Below are positions 18,300 to 27,740 of a stretch of DNA of 64,000 nt, one piece after another. The notes under the pieces are model-generated. The model had not been told where the DNA came from and searched no databases. It was given only the letters and a program-made list of their open reading frames with translations. A program made the translations under genes and the position numbers. Source of the stretch: a virus; IMG/VR virus record IMGVR_UViG_3300038461_000101, positions 1 to 64,000 of that record. One strand, 5' to 3'. How positions within the stretch are numbered: the first letter of the stretch is position 1; each line of letters opens with the position of its first letter.

Positions 18300-19401
18300 T
18301 GGCTTAGAGTCTTTAGATTTGGCAGATCCAAAGATGTGGGAAACTCCAGAACCCTTGGAGTTTACTCCGCCAAGATGGATGTTCGAATCCTATCTTGGTG
18401 ATGAGAAGGATATGGCTCATGACATTTACTCAGCCACCTTCTGGAAGAAATTGAAGGATGATATTGATGATGCAAAAGCCAGGGGTGTAGAACCTCCGAA
18501 CATGAACGAGGTTGCACTCCGGGCCAGTGAGATTGCCAAGACTATCATGGCTGCTGCTGAGCATACCTCGGATGTTTCCGAGACTGCAAAGAGAGCATTC
18601 TTTACCTTGGTCTACAAGGTGAAGAAGAATAACTTGCAGCACTTAGCATTGGCAGAATATGACACGATCGAAGAATGGCTGACAGACAGGGTGGAAAATA
18701 TGTCGCCCTCTGCAGGTGAACTTGGGGACATCACCTTCATGATGAGTGAGGTATTCCCTATGTTGGAACGGGTAGGTCATGGCTTCGAACCAGAGAAGTT
18801 ACTCTCAATCAAGGAGAACTGGTCAAAGGCCCGGGCTTCCGTGCCTTATCTGCGCATGATTACCAATCGACACCGGGATGCCATTCAACCCATTGAGAAG
18901 CAGATCAACTTCACAGCCAGTCGTATCTCAGTTCTGGTTGCCAATAACCGAGACAGATCCCCTGATCATCCCAAGTTCAAGAAGACAGTAGTCAGGATTG
19001 AAGAACTGCGTACTGGCTTGAAGGGCTTGGAGAAAGAACACGAGAAGGTCTTGGTTGAAGAGACTGCGAAGTGGGAGAAGGGTGTTGAGAAGACCCTGAA
19101 TGTGATTGCCAATCCTGACATCAAACCTTGGGGTAAAGAAGGTGAGCTGACAGTGAAGGCTGCTCTATTCAAGGATGAGCAACGAACCCTGACTATGTAT
19201 GAAGGGTTCCAAGGAGTCCTTCCTGGCCGGTCGATCTTTGTTCTGATCTTGCCATCCCGTTATGAGCGCACGGTAGAGAGTAGCTTGAGTGGATTAGTGG
19301 AATGGAAACTTCTGGATCCTGCCATCATGAAGAACGAGATTGACAAAGCGTTGAAGAACAATCCCTTTGTGAACGAGAAAGCCGATGAAGACCTTGCCTA
19401 A
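18277..19401 (+). CDS. Hypothetical helical/coiled-coil protein
   Basis: GGAGG SD, 374 aa ORF. Confidence 0.8.
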   Translation: MATKKHNNGLESLDLADPKMWETPEPLEFTPPRWMFESYLGDEKDMAHDIYSATFWKKLKDDIDDAKARGVEPPNMNEVALRASEIAKTIMAAAEHTSDVSETAKRAFFTLVYKVKKNNLQHLALAEYDTIEEWLTDRVENMSPSAGELGDITFMMSEVFPMLERVGHGFEPEKLLSIKENWSKARASVPYLRMITNRHRDAIQPIEKQINFTASRISVLVANNRDRSPDHPKFKKTVVRIEELRTGLKGLEKEHEKVLVEETAKWEKGVEKTLNVIANPDIKPWGKEGELTVKAALFKDEQRTLTMYEGFQGVLPGRSIFVLILPSRYERTVESSLSGLVEWKLLDPAIMKNEIDKALKNNPFVNEKADEDLA

Positions 19402-19407
19402 AATGAA

Positions 19408-19432
19408 TGCCTCCTGCAAGGGGCAGGAGGCA
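19408..19432. promoter_or_regulatory. Intergenic hairpin (possible terminator or processing site)
   Basis: TGCCTCCTGC-AAGGG-GCAGGAGGCA, with no clear U-tract. Confidence 0.45.
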
Positions 19433-19508
19433 ATCAGATGAGAAAGAGCACCGGCAAGCCAGGAACCAGCTGGTGCTTGGACAGAGCATATTATCAACTA
19501 GGAGGCTT

Positions 19509-19937
19509 ATGAAGTCAAGAGCATATTATCAGCGATTATTTACGCTGATCCATAAGATCTGTGACGAAAGAAAGCAGTTCTATAATACCGAAGTGATCTG
19601 GTTATCTCGCATGAGTGGGCGGAGTCTTCCAAAGTGTGCGATCTTCTTGAAGAATACTGGCAACACAATTCAGATCTATGTCATGTATGGCCTGAAGTAT
19701 ATCAAGCCTCAGTGCCAGCCCTTCATGACTCTTGAACCTGCAACTGTATTCCCTGACCGTTCTTGGAAATATCTTCCTGGGTGGGAGAAGAAAGTCGAAG
19801 AATGGCTCCTCAACAATAGTGTTCAGAAGGAGGATCTATATGCAAGCCTTCGAAGGTATACTGCAAAAACTGAAAACGGGCGACAAGCGTGGAGCAATCC
19901 AAGAGTACGCCGAGCTGAAAGGCATTTCCCTGAATGA
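19509..19937 (+). CDS. Hypothetical protein
   Basis: AGGAGG SD before ATG 19509. Confidence 0.6.
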   Translation: MKSRAYYQRLFTLIHKICDERKQFYNTEVIWLSRMSGRSLPKCAIFLKNTGNTIQIYVMYGLKYIKPQCQPFMTLEPATVFPDRSWKYLPGWEKKVEEWLLNNSVQKEDLYASLRRYTAKTENGRQAWSNPRVRRAERHFPE

Positions 19938-20040
19938 AGCTGAGCGGGCCATCAATAACCTGCTCGCTGCAACTGATGAAGATTTAGCCGTGAAAGGAAC
20001 CGTAAACAATGAACCGCATGAGCATTACCGCAGACGATGA
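19840..20040 (+). CDS. Ribosomal protein L7/L12 C-terminal-domain-like small protein
   Basis: AGGAGG SD. KRGAIQEYAELKGISLNEAERAIN resembles KIxAIKxxRxxTGLGLKEAKxxVE. Confidence 0.5.
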   Translation: MQAFEGILQKLKTGDKRGAIQEYAELKGISLNEAERAINNLLAATDEDLAVKGTVNNEPHEHYRRR

Positions 20041-20338
20041 TGCAGCCAAGTTGAAGCTCAACTTGGATGCTCACTTGAACAAGAATGGTTGGCAGTGGTG
20101 TCTGGTATCTACTCTTACTCCGGGTGTAGTACGGATCCAGATGGGTGCTGCCGATCAAGGAGATGAGTTTGATGAACCCTGGCGCAAGTGCTTTGAAGGT
20201 GCAACTCCTGAAGAAGCTATTGCCATGGCTGAAGAGTTCATCACCAGAGTGAGTGCCCAGGAATATTCTGAAAGGGCTATGGAAAAATGGAGTGACGGTC
20301 CTTCAGGTGGTGACGAGGATGGAGATCCCCATGAATGA
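20009..20338 (+). CDS. Hypothetical protein
   Basis: AAGGA SD, operon packing. Confidence 0.65.
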   Translation: MNRMSITADDDAAKLKLNLDAHLNKNGWQWCLVSTLTPGVVRIQMGAADQGDEFDEPWRKCFEGATPEEAIAMAEEFITRVSAQEYSERAMEKWSDGPSGGDEDGDPHE

Positions 20339-20897
20339 AGCCGCAATTCGCTTAGATGTCTATCATGCCCTGCAAAATCAGTTCCATCTCTGGCCTGTAC
20401 ATGGCAGGGATGGCATCATCTGTCCCAACTGTCACCACAAGATATTGCCCGATTCACCGGGCCGACCGGACGTGCTTGGGCTCAATCGGTATGGCCCTAC
20501 AATTGTGTACGAGACCAAAGACATCAACGATGCTAAGGGCGAGAAGAGCCTGCCTTTTGCACAGATAAGTGAAGAGCAGATGCGCTGGCTGGATGGATGG
20601 GTTACGATCACCGAGGAAGAAAAGATGTGGCACTTCCAGCCCCTGGCATACCTTGCGATTGGTACTACCCTTCCGCACCATCGACAGCTTTGGGTCATTG
20701 ACTGGCAGATATTCAGGGCTGAGATCATGGCTCCAGCTGCAGAATTGGGGAAGAAGTCAGTGGGTATTCCCCGGCTGCAGGAGTATTTCAAGCCTTATGA
20801 ATTGAAGAAAGTTACTGGTGGTTGGGAGTTCCCAATGGGGCATTCTATCTGGCAATGCCTACCAAATGTAACCAGAAAGGATGTGATAGATGCTTGA
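20331..20897 (+). CDS. PD-(D/E)XK nuclease (VRR-NUC/Holliday junction resolvase-like)
   Basis: GRPDVL...VYETK...ISEEQMRWL. Confidence 0.75.
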   Translation: MNEAAIRLDVYHALQNQFHLWPVHGRDGIICPNCHHKILPDSPGRPDVLGLNRYGPTIVYETKDINDAKGEKSLPFAQISEEQMRWLDGWVTITEEEKMWHFQPLAYLAIGTTLPHHRQLWVIDWQIFRAEIMAPAAELGKKSVGIPRLQEYFKPYELKKVTGGWEFPMGHSIWQCLPNVTRKDVIDA

Positions 20898-21048
20898 GTT
20901 TCTCGTCTGGATTTCCAGAGCATTCTTGTTCGGCTTTCTTAGTCTGACCGATAGTGAATATCGTAGACAACGGAAAGAACTTGACAGGCATAATGCCTGG
21001 GTCGAGCGCGTAATTGAGTATCACCAGAAGGAGGTCAAGGATGGCTAA
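20890..21048 (+). CDS. Small membrane-anchored protein (52 aa, not in the ORF track)
   Basis: MLEFLVWISRAFLFGFLSL..., fills the gap between two genes. Confidence 0.5.
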   Translation: MLEFLVWISRAFLFGFLSLTDSEYRRQRKELDRHNAWVERVIEYHQKEVKDG

Positions 21049-21307
21049 GTCACGGATCATAACTGACCGGTACAAAATCTCGCCTTATGAAGCTGGCGAA
21101 TTGGATGAAGCATGGGGGCATGGAGAGAAGGCCCTGCAGGGGGCAATTATGGTAGCCCAGGAACGTTCCCGGCTATGGGTGGTACCCTGTAAGTGGGCTG
21201 CAGTCTACAAAGATGATGGAAGTATTTTGGTGACTAGGAAACGCAATGCTCCAGAGAAGAAAGCCTTTGAAGATACACTCAAGGTTCTGGATAAGGTATT
21301 TTCATGA
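21041..21307 (+). CDS. Hypothetical protein
   Basis: GGAGGT SD. Confidence 0.65.
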   Translation: MAKSRIITDRYKISPYEAGELDEAWGHGEKALQGAIMVAQERSRLWVVPCKWAAVYKDDGSILVTRKRNAPEKKAFEDTLKVLDKVFS

Positions 21308-21780
21308 TCACCTATGATGTAGCTGTATCTTTGATTGAAGATCTGATTGTCAAGGTGGGCAATAATGAACAAATTGCAGATCCAAGAGAGTCCCGAATAA
21401 TGATGGATGTTCAGTCGCTTCGAGAGATGCGACATGAGATGGAAGAGATCTTTGCTTACCTGCAGATGTTCAATAATATTCTGCATATCAAGGATGCCCA
21501 TGGTGGAGATGATTCCATCATTCTCTATCCCACGCTGAGTCCTCACACCATCACAGTGGATCTGAACTTGCTTTGGGGTGATCAGTGTCCTATTTGTGAG
21601 CACCAAGAAACATCTGGTGCTGGAGAGAAAGCCGTCTGTTTGAATTGTGGTTTCCCATTCAAGTTTGGATGGCAGAAGAACGAGAAAGCAATTGAGCATT
21701 GGGCATTCCATTACTCACAGCGGCGGGAAAATATAGTGGAACGTTTCGTAGATGCACTCTCGCCTCTAAGGATGGATTAG
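21304..21780 (+). CDS. Hypothetical protein with zinc ribbon
   Basis: CPIC...CLNC. Confidence 0.7.
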   Translation: MITYDVAVSLIEDLIVKVGNNEQIADPRESRIMMDVQSLREMRHEMEEIFAYLQMFNNILHIKDAHGGDDSIILYPTLSPHTITVDLNLLWGDQCPICEHQETSGAGEKAVCLNCGFPFKFGWQKNEKAIEHWAFHYSQRRENIVERFVDALSPLRMD

Positions 21781-22002
21781 ATGGACAAGCATGAGCAGGT
21801 GAGCTTTGTAAGAAATCTGGTCGATGAGATCCAGGAAAAATTGATGATAGATATAATCGCCGGTCGCATTCCAAGCGATTGGGATGGGATTGAGCTGCGT
21901 CGATTACTTGCCAGTCGGTTCCAGGGAGGAGCCAACAGGTTCGTCCTAACAGGGAAGCGGCTGAGAAAATACAACAATGATGTGATCGTCAATGACCTAT
22001 GA
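21781..22002 (+). CDS. Hypothetical phage protein
   Basis: IPSDWDGIELR motif, operon packing. Confidence 0.7.
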   Translation: MDKHEQVSFVRNLVDEIQEKLMIDIIAGRIPSDWDGIELRRLLASRFQGGANRFVLTGKRLRKYNNDVIVNDL

Positions 22003-22181
22003 AAAGATTGCGGATCCAATGCCACAAAAGACGCTTCGATGAGGTGGGTGCCAAGATGGTTATTGCTGCTGCCAAGCACTCAAAGGATTCCAAGCGGCAA
22101 GAAGTGCGTTATTACTGGTGCCAAGCCTGTAAAGCATATCATGTCACCAGCCAGGAGAAACAACATCGGAGGAAAAAGTGA
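21999..22181 (+). CDS. Small zinc-finger phage protein
   Basis: C.KRRF...RYYWCQACKAYHVTS. Confidence 0.7.
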   Translation: MKRLRIQCHKRRFDEVGAKMVIAAAKHSKDSKRQEVRYYWCQACKAYHVTSQEKQHRRKK

Positions 22182-22747
22182 GTAGCAATGACAGCATAAT
22201 CCTGTTCATGTGTCCTCAGTGCGGCACGATGAGTTGGCAAGCTGGTACTTGCATTCAGTGTGAAGTGAAGATGGAGGCCAAGAGATTCATTCCCGAGCCA
22301 ATAACAGAGGCAGTGGATCTCATAGACAATCCCATCAGACATATCTTCCTGTTCGCAACCGGCCATTATGTACGATCGGTAGGGGAAGATTTGAGCACGG
22401 AGCCAATGATCATCGACGTGATGAAGATTGTTGAGAGAGCCTTTGACCTAAAGGATCCGTCCAACGATGACATCTTCAAGCTCATTCTTCCCTGGGCCTG
22501 GAGTAGTCTGGGCGGTCCAATGGACTTCCAGGAAATGATCCTCTTCCTTCGAAGGCTATATGAGAACATCGGTGCCAATCATGAGATTGAACTGGCAGGA
22601 GTAGATGAGGGGATTTGCCAAATGCTACTGGTCATTCTTGGCATTCGGTATACAAAAGATTCCTTGATCCTGGGGTATCCTGATCCTAAGATATTGCCCG
22701 TGGTTTCAGGAGATAACCGCAAATACAGGCGGAGAGAGGAGGGCTAG
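22178..22747 (+). CDS. Hypothetical protein with N-terminal zinc ribbon
   Basis: GGAGG SD, CPQC...CIQC. Confidence 0.65.
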   Translation: MSSNDSIILFMCPQCGTMSWQAGTCIQCEVKMEAKRFIPEPITEAVDLIDNPIRHIFLFATGHYVRSVGEDLSTEPMIIDVMKIVERAFDLKDPSNDDIFKLILPWAWSSLGGPMDFQEMILFLRRLYENIGANHEIELAGVDEGICQMLLVILGIRYTKDSLILGYPDPKILPVVSGDNRKYRRREEG

Positions 22748-22956
22748 TGGCAACTGCCTTCAGCACAAATGTGGGTAAGGCTACAATTTCTCTTGATGTG
22801 ACAGGCTGTGTGGATTGTGGAACAATGGGTTCATCTGGCTGGTTCCCGGCCAGGTACATGACATTGAGATTTGGAAAGAAGGATTTCAAGCTGACAATCT
22901 GGCGATGCGCTGATTGTCAGGCCAAAAAAGGACCAGTACAGGAGGCTATGCTATGA
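22747..22956 (+). CDS. Small Cys-containing protein
   Basis: GGAGG SD, CVDC...CADC. Confidence 0.6.
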   Translation: MATAFSTNVGKATISLDVTGCVDCGTMGSSGWFPARYMTLRFGKKDFKLTIWRCADCQAKKGPVQEAML

Positions 22957-23159
22957 CTTTTCCAATTGGAAAAACTGAAGAACAGGCGACAAAACTTTGC
23001 GATGTCTGTGAGCAGAATGTGGCAGTGGTGGGCTGTGAGGATGGTAAGTATCACTGCTTTGATTGCTGTATGGAAGATGGTTATGATCCGGCTACTGGTC
23101 AACCCTTCAACGATGATGTAGCAGATGAGGATGAAGGCGATGAAGATAATAGCGATTGA
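22953..23159 (+). CDS. Small Cys-rich acidic protein
   Basis: GGAGG SD, CDVC...CFDCC. Confidence 0.6.
   Translation: MTFPIGKTEEQATKLCDVCEQNVAVVGCEDGKYHCFDCCMEDGYDPATGQPFNDDVADEDEGDEDNSD
22958..22973. repeat. TTCCAATTGGAA palindrome copy 4 (16 bp, TTTTCCAATTGGAAAA)
   Basis: Exact match just after a start codon. Confidence 0.85.
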
Positions 23160-23331
23160 TTCCAAGGGCATCTCAGAAGAGATGAGCGTTACTCGGATTG
23201 AGCAAGGCAAGGCCAAAATTGTCATGCCAGATGGACAGATCTATTATGTCTATCGGAACCAGATGATGCAAGCCTTAGTCGGCTTGACTATACCTGAACC
23301 AAAGGACGAACCTGATGTTCAAGGTTCCTGA
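23140..23331 (+). CDS. Hypothetical protein
   Basis: Operon packing. Confidence 0.55.
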   Translation: MKIIAIDSKGISEEMSVTRIEQGKAKIVMPDGQIYYVYRNQMMQALVGLTIPEPKDEPDVQGS

Positions 23332-23689
23332 GCAGTATCGGCTACGTGTAGGGAGGATGGGCTCCGGCCCATCTTCCGGTCACAATGGAGTGTTCATCGT
23401 TCCATCACCAAGCAAGAATGGTAGGACACTAATCATAATTGCCAGCGATGGCCTGGGATGGGAACATGCCAGTATCCATGTGGAAAGAAAAGATGGTGAA
23501 ATGCAAACTCCCTATTGGGAAGAGATGTGCTTCGTAAAGGATCTCTTTTGGGATGAAGATGATGTGGTGGTGCAATATCATCCAGCCAAGCGTGACTATG
23601 TGAACGTGCATCCAAACACACTGCATCTATGGCGACCGACCGGGGGCTTCAACGGCCAGTTCATGATGCCTCCATTGAAGCTGTTATAA
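23315..23689 (+). CDS. Conserved phage protein (WEH.S...P.WEEMC.VKDLFW...YVN.H...LHLW family)
   Basis: Widespread phage domain-of-unknown-function motif recognised by eye. Confidence 0.8.
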   Translation: MFKVPEQYRLRVGRMGSGPSSGHNGVFIVPSPSKNGRTLIIIASDGLGWEHASIHVERKDGEMQTPYWEEMCFVKDLFWDEDDVVVQYHPAKRDYVNVHPNTLHLWRPTGGFNGQFMMPPLKLL

Positions 23690-23698
23690 GAAGAAAAG

Positions 23699-24262
23699 AT
23701 GAGTGCCATGGTAGACCAAGAAAGGAGGTTGGCGATGGTCAAAGTTGATCCCAAGAAAGTGAAAGTCAATCCGAACCAAACGATCGAAAGGTTATTGAGA
23801 ATTGCTCAAGACAATGGCATGACGGAAAAAGTATTGAAGGAAGAGATCTTGAAGTGTACCGGCAAGGCTGCCTTCAATGCAAAGAATTGGCAGAAGTATC
23901 TCCAGCTTATTTCCAATTGGAGATTCTTCCATCCAGCTCCTCGGATACCGTCTCCGCCTTGTCCAATTTGTGGAGCAAGTCAGGGTGTGGATAGTTCCCT
24001 GGCTGGTCTGTATAAGGCACATTCTCCATCCATGCGTGGTTTGCGTTGCAATGCCAACAAGCATCATTTCTTCATGATGATGGAAGTTGATCGGTTGGTA
24101 AAGATGAAAGGGATTACACTTGAGGAAGCAATTCAAAGAGTCAAAGAAACTGACGCACGGTTACAAAAATACCTTCAGGAGAGAGAGAGTATATGTACAA
24201 TCCTAGGCCCATGCAACGTAACATCTCCATCGACTTCTTTGCAAGGCGTACCCATTTCTTAG
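23699..24262 (+). CDS. Hypothetical protein
   Basis: AGGAGG SD before the ATG at 23735 (likely true start), CPIC motif. Confidence 0.65.
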   Translation: MSAMVDQERRLAMVKVDPKKVKVNPNQTIERLLRIAQDNGMTEKVLKEEILKCTGKAAFNAKNWQKYLQLISNWRFFHPAPRIPSPPCPICGASQGVDSSLAGLYKAHSPSMRGLRCNANKHHFFMMMEVDRLVKMKGITLEEAIQRVKETDARLQKYLQERESICTILGPCNVTSPSTSLQGVPIS

Positions 24263-25272
24263 ATCACATGGCCTCCGTCTGGATGGCATTACCACCCAGG
24301 ATGCGAGGCCGATTCTATATCCCTGAAGTGCTGCGTACTTATGCACTGAAGAAAGGTGTAGCTGAGCAAGGCATGTTTCTGCTTACCTGCAGGAATGAGC
24401 GACCAACCAGCTGCGTGACACCACCCTTTGGCCTGAACCCGATCGTTACATCTGCCTATGGCGACATGGAAATGGTCGGCTCCTACGATCGTAGGCCCCT
24501 GATCCTTATGGAGCATGGGGTTGGTCTGACTTTCAACAACCGGCAGGGCGTTACCAATCCTGGCTATGGTGGCGGGATGGGCAATCGTGCCTGGGTAAGT
24601 CTCTTCTTGTCCCCAAATGATTACATTGCAGCCAAGACAAGAGCAGCATTCCCTGACGCACCGATCACTGTAATTGGTACTCCGAAACTGGATCATTGGC
24701 TGGAAGCCTTCAAGCATCCTGTAAAGCGTCGGCCTGACAATCCAGTGATTTGTGTCTCGTTCCATTGGGATGGATCTGGTGTGGCTCCGGAAGCCGGAAA
24801 TGCTTGGGAACACTATCGCCGGTTCCTACCTGAACTGATGAAGCATTACAAAGTTATCGGCCATGGACATCCCAAATTCTTGGAACAACTGACCTATGCC
24901 TACACAAAATTGGGGATCCCTGTGGTCAATGACTTCGAAGATGTGATGCAGCAAGCTGATGTGTACGTGAATGATTGCAGTTCGACCATGTATGAGTTCT
25001 TAGTCACTGGTAAACCGGTCGTGGTAATGAATGCCCCTTGGTTTCGTAAGAATGTGTTTCATGGCATTCGTTTTTGGGATTACTCTGAGCCAGGGCCGGT
25101 CGCTGAAGGACCCGAGCAACTGATTGAAGCCATTGAGCGTGCTCTGGTCTATGACGAGCACGATATTCGAACCCGTAGAAGATACGTGAAAGATCTGTAT
25201 CCTAACTTAGGCTCAGCCGCCAAGACTGCAGCCCATGCCATCCGAGATTTCTGCTACGATCCCGAAGACTAA
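24193..25272 (+). CDS. GT-B fold transferase (CDP-glycerol glycerophosphotransferase/TagF-like)
   Basis: MEHG, IGTPKLD, GHPK, and ADVYVNDCSSTMYEFLVTGKPVV motifs. Confidence 0.75.
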   Translation: MYNPRPMQRNISIDFFARRTHFLDHMASVWMALPPRMRGRFYIPEVLRTYALKKGVAEQGMFLLTCRNERPTSCVTPPFGLNPIVTSAYGDMEMVGSYDRRPLILMEHGVGLTFNNRQGVTNPGYGGGMGNRAWVSLFLSPNDYIAAKTRAAFPDAPITVIGTPKLDHWLEAFKHPVKRRPDNPVICVSFHWDGSGVAPEAGNAWEHYRRFLPELMKHYKVIGHGHPKFLEQLTYAYTKLGIPVVNDFEDVMQQADVYVNDCSSTMYEFLVTGKPVVVMNAPWFRKNVFHGIRFWDYSEPGPVAEGPEQLIEAIERALVYDEHDIRTRRRYVKDLYPNLGSAAKTAAHAIRDFCYDPED

Positions 25273-25280
25273 GGAGTTGA

Positions 25281-26774
25281 ATGAAAACAATTGACGCTGC
25301 TGATCTATTCTGCGGAGCCGGTGGTACATCCACCGGCCTTGCTTTAGCTGTTGAAGAGATGGGTATTCATTTGAAGTTGCTTGCCATCAATCACTGGCAG
25401 TTGGCTATTGATACCCATAGTGCAAACCATCCTAATGCGATCCATCAATGCGTGAACCTGGATAACGTGGATCCTCGCAAGGCTGTGCCTTCGGGGAAAC
25501 TTGACATCTTGATTGCTTCTCCTGAGTGTATGCACCATAGCAATGCTCGTGGTGGCCGACCGATGAACGATCAGTCCAGGGCCAGCGCATGGCTGATACT
25601 TCGATGGGCTGAGGCTTTGTTCATTCGCAATATCCTGATTGAGAACATCCCTGAGTTCATGGATTGGGGGCCATTGAGTGCCAAGGGTAGACCAATCAAG
25701 AAGCTGAAAGGTACCACCTTCAGGGCTTTCATTGAGTCTCTGAAGTCTTTGAATTACCATGTCGATTACCGGGTGATCAACTGTGCTAACTATGGAGATC
25801 CTACCACTCGGCATCGGCTATTCATCATGGCAAGTAAGGCTCGCAAACCAGTATGGCCGGAGCCAACCCATCTGCAGCACGGTGCGGATATGTTTGGTAC
25901 TTACCAGCCCTGGAAGACTGCCAAGGAGATCATTGATTGGGATCATAAGGGCAAAAGTATCTATGCAAGGAAGAAGCCGCTATCTCCCAACACAATGCGC
26001 AGAATCATGGTGGGTCTTACCAAGTTTGGTGGTGGTGCTTTTGTAATAGGCCAGCAAACACCTGCAGCTCCTCGATCGGTGGATAGGCCATTACCTACAG
26101 TAGCAGGAGCTGGTGCAATTTCTCTAGTGCAACCTTTCATCTTTGAGATGGAGCATACTGGCCTCAAGTCTGGTGATAAGCATCGCTGCCATAATATCGA
26201 CCGGCCACTACCTACCGTAACCGGTAAGGGACAATGGGGATTGATTGAGCCCTATCTGGTGGAATTTCATGGCACTGGAGAAGATGGCCGGGAAAGAGTT
26301 CGCTCTCTGGATGAACCCATGCCAACCGTCTTGGGAGCCAATGTGTATGCCCTGGCTGAGCCAATGCTTATTCAGATGAATGGCACAGATCCAGGCCAGC
26401 TTGACCATTCGGCCAAGTCGATCAATGAACCGGTGCCCACTCTGACTGGTGGGAATAAGTTTGCCCTGGCACAACCCTACATCGTTGAATATTATGGGTC
26501 AGCCACTGCAGTTCCCATCACGGATCCATTGCCAACAGTTACCAGTAAGAGCCGGTTTGCCCTGGCAGATCCCATTATCATGGAAGACAAGAATGGCAAG
26601 AGATATTTGGTTGATGTTCTCTTCCGAATGCTTTCCATCAAAGAGCTTGCTGCTGCAACTTCGTTCCCTGCTGACTATATCTTCAAGGGAACTCACAATG
26701 ATGTCGTAAAACAGATCGGTAATGCTGTGCCAGTCAACACTGCAAGAGCACTGACACATTCCCTCTTGTCATAA
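25281..26774 (+). CDS. DNA (cytosine-5)-methyltransferase, phage type with internal repeats
   Basis: DLFCGAGG, SPEC, ENI, R.RLF and QIGNAV motifs. About five S.D.P.PTV repeats in the variable region. Confidence 0.95.
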   Translation: MKTIDAADLFCGAGGTSTGLALAVEEMGIHLKLLAINHWQLAIDTHSANHPNAIHQCVNLDNVDPRKAVPSGKLDILIASPECMHHSNARGGRPMNDQSRASAWLILRWAEALFIRNILIENIPEFMDWGPLSAKGRPIKKLKGTTFRAFIESLKSLNYHVDYRVINCANYGDPTTRHRLFIMASKARKPVWPEPTHLQHGADMFGTYQPWKTAKEIIDWDHKGKSIYARKKPLSPNTMRRIMVGLTKFGGGAFVIGQQTPAAPRSVDRPLPTVAGAGAISLVQPFIFEMEHTGLKSGDKHRCHNIDRPLPTVTGKGQWGLIEPYLVEFHGTGEDGRERVRSLDEPMPTVLGANVYALAEPMLIQMNGTDPGQLDHSAKSINEPVPTLTGGNKFALAQPYIVEYYGSATAVPITDPLPTVTSKSRFALADPIIMEDKNGKRYLVDVLFRMLSIKELAAATSFPADYIFKGTHNDVVKQIGNAVPVNTARALTHSLLS

Positions 26775-26820
26775 TCTGGATACAGATGTATCATCTAGTC
26801 ACCAGGAAAGGAAAGCTGCT

Positions 26821-27111
26821 ATGGATACCCGTAGTGCGTTGCAATTAGTGTTAGATCAAGTTGACTATACCCGAGGAGCTTGCACTGTAACCGAGATGGT
26901 TGGTGCTGTTCTCCCCGAAGAAACGATCGCAATGGCCCGTGCATCTTTGGCTGAAGCCTATACAAAGGCACTTCAGTTCATTGATATGCCCGTGGATGAC
27001 ATTGTGAAGGCCATCTATGAGAAGTATTCGGAGGCCCTGCCTGATATGTCTCAAGAGGATCTTGCCAAAGTCATCAAGATTGTGTTCGAATACGAAGGGA
27101 GTTTTCTATGA
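26821..27111 (+). CDS. Hypothetical protein
   Basis: AAGGA SD, LVLDQVDYT.GAC..TEMVGA.L motif. Confidence 0.7.
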   Translation: MDTRSALQLVLDQVDYTRGACTVTEMVGAVLPEETIAMARASLAEAYTKALQFIDMPVDDIVKAIYEKYSEALPDMSQEDLAKVIKIVFEYEGSFL

Positions 27112-27653
27112 GTCCAGTTGGTTATATGGATCCTGATTGGGAACAAGGCGGTCAGAAGAGACCAGCCTGGGCCAAGCCCAAAACCGAACTGGCAAAGGAA
27201 GCACTGGCTATCAGTGGTAGGCAATACTTCCGGGGCCAGACAAAGCATGATAGTGAATTTGCTTTGTGGGATGCTCAAGAACAAATGGCTATCGGGGCAA
27301 CTGATGATAGTTATCTTCACCTGATGTGGATCCGGCACAATATGGAACTTGGGCAAAAGAAACGGGCTGATTTGATCCCGGTTTCTTTCCAGTGGTTGCT
27401 CAGGAAGATCTGTGACCATGAAGCCATGGTGGACTGGAAAGCAAAGAACCGCAGCCGGGTCCTGGATGAACGTGGTAAGGCCGTGCTTGGTCAATTCAAC
27501 CGGGCGGCTGAGCTGGCTCGTGATGAAGGTAAAGCTACTCGTGCCAAGGAAGAACTTGGACTGCAGAAAGCTTGTAGCAAGGTCTACCATGCTGCCTTGT
27601 ACGCCAAGGGGGATCGTTACTGTGGAGTGTGCCACCAAGAATTGGAGATGTAG
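27108..27653 (+). CDS. Hypothetical protein, possible replication initiator by position
   Basis: Lies just upstream of the DnaC-like and DnaB-like genes. Confidence 0.55.
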   Translation: MSPVGYMDPDWEQGGQKRPAWAKPKTELAKEALAISGRQYFRGQTKHDSEFALWDAQEQMAIGATDDSYLHLMWIRHNMELGQKKRADLIPVSFQWLLRKICDHEAMVDWKAKNRSRVLDERGKAVLGQFNRAAELARDEGKATRAKEELGLQKACSKVYHAALYAKGDRYCGVCHQELEM

Positions 27654-27740
27654 ATGGATTTCATTGCAGGACTTATCTTCACGGTTCTCATGCTGATCGT
27701 CTGGATTGCCGAAGCAATTGAGAACAGAAAGAAGAAATAA
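27654..27740 (+). CDS. 28 aa single-TM peptide
   Basis: MDFIAGLIFTVLMLIVWIAEAIENRKKK exactly fills the gap, GGAG SD, TAATG coupling. Confidence 0.5.
   Translation: MDFIAGLIFTVLMLIVWIAEAIENRKKK

Noticed and set aside
26060-26580. Internal repeats in the C5 methyltransferase as a novelty
   Set aside because: S.D.P.PTV repeats are a familiar feature of this phage/prophage methyltransferase subfamily.
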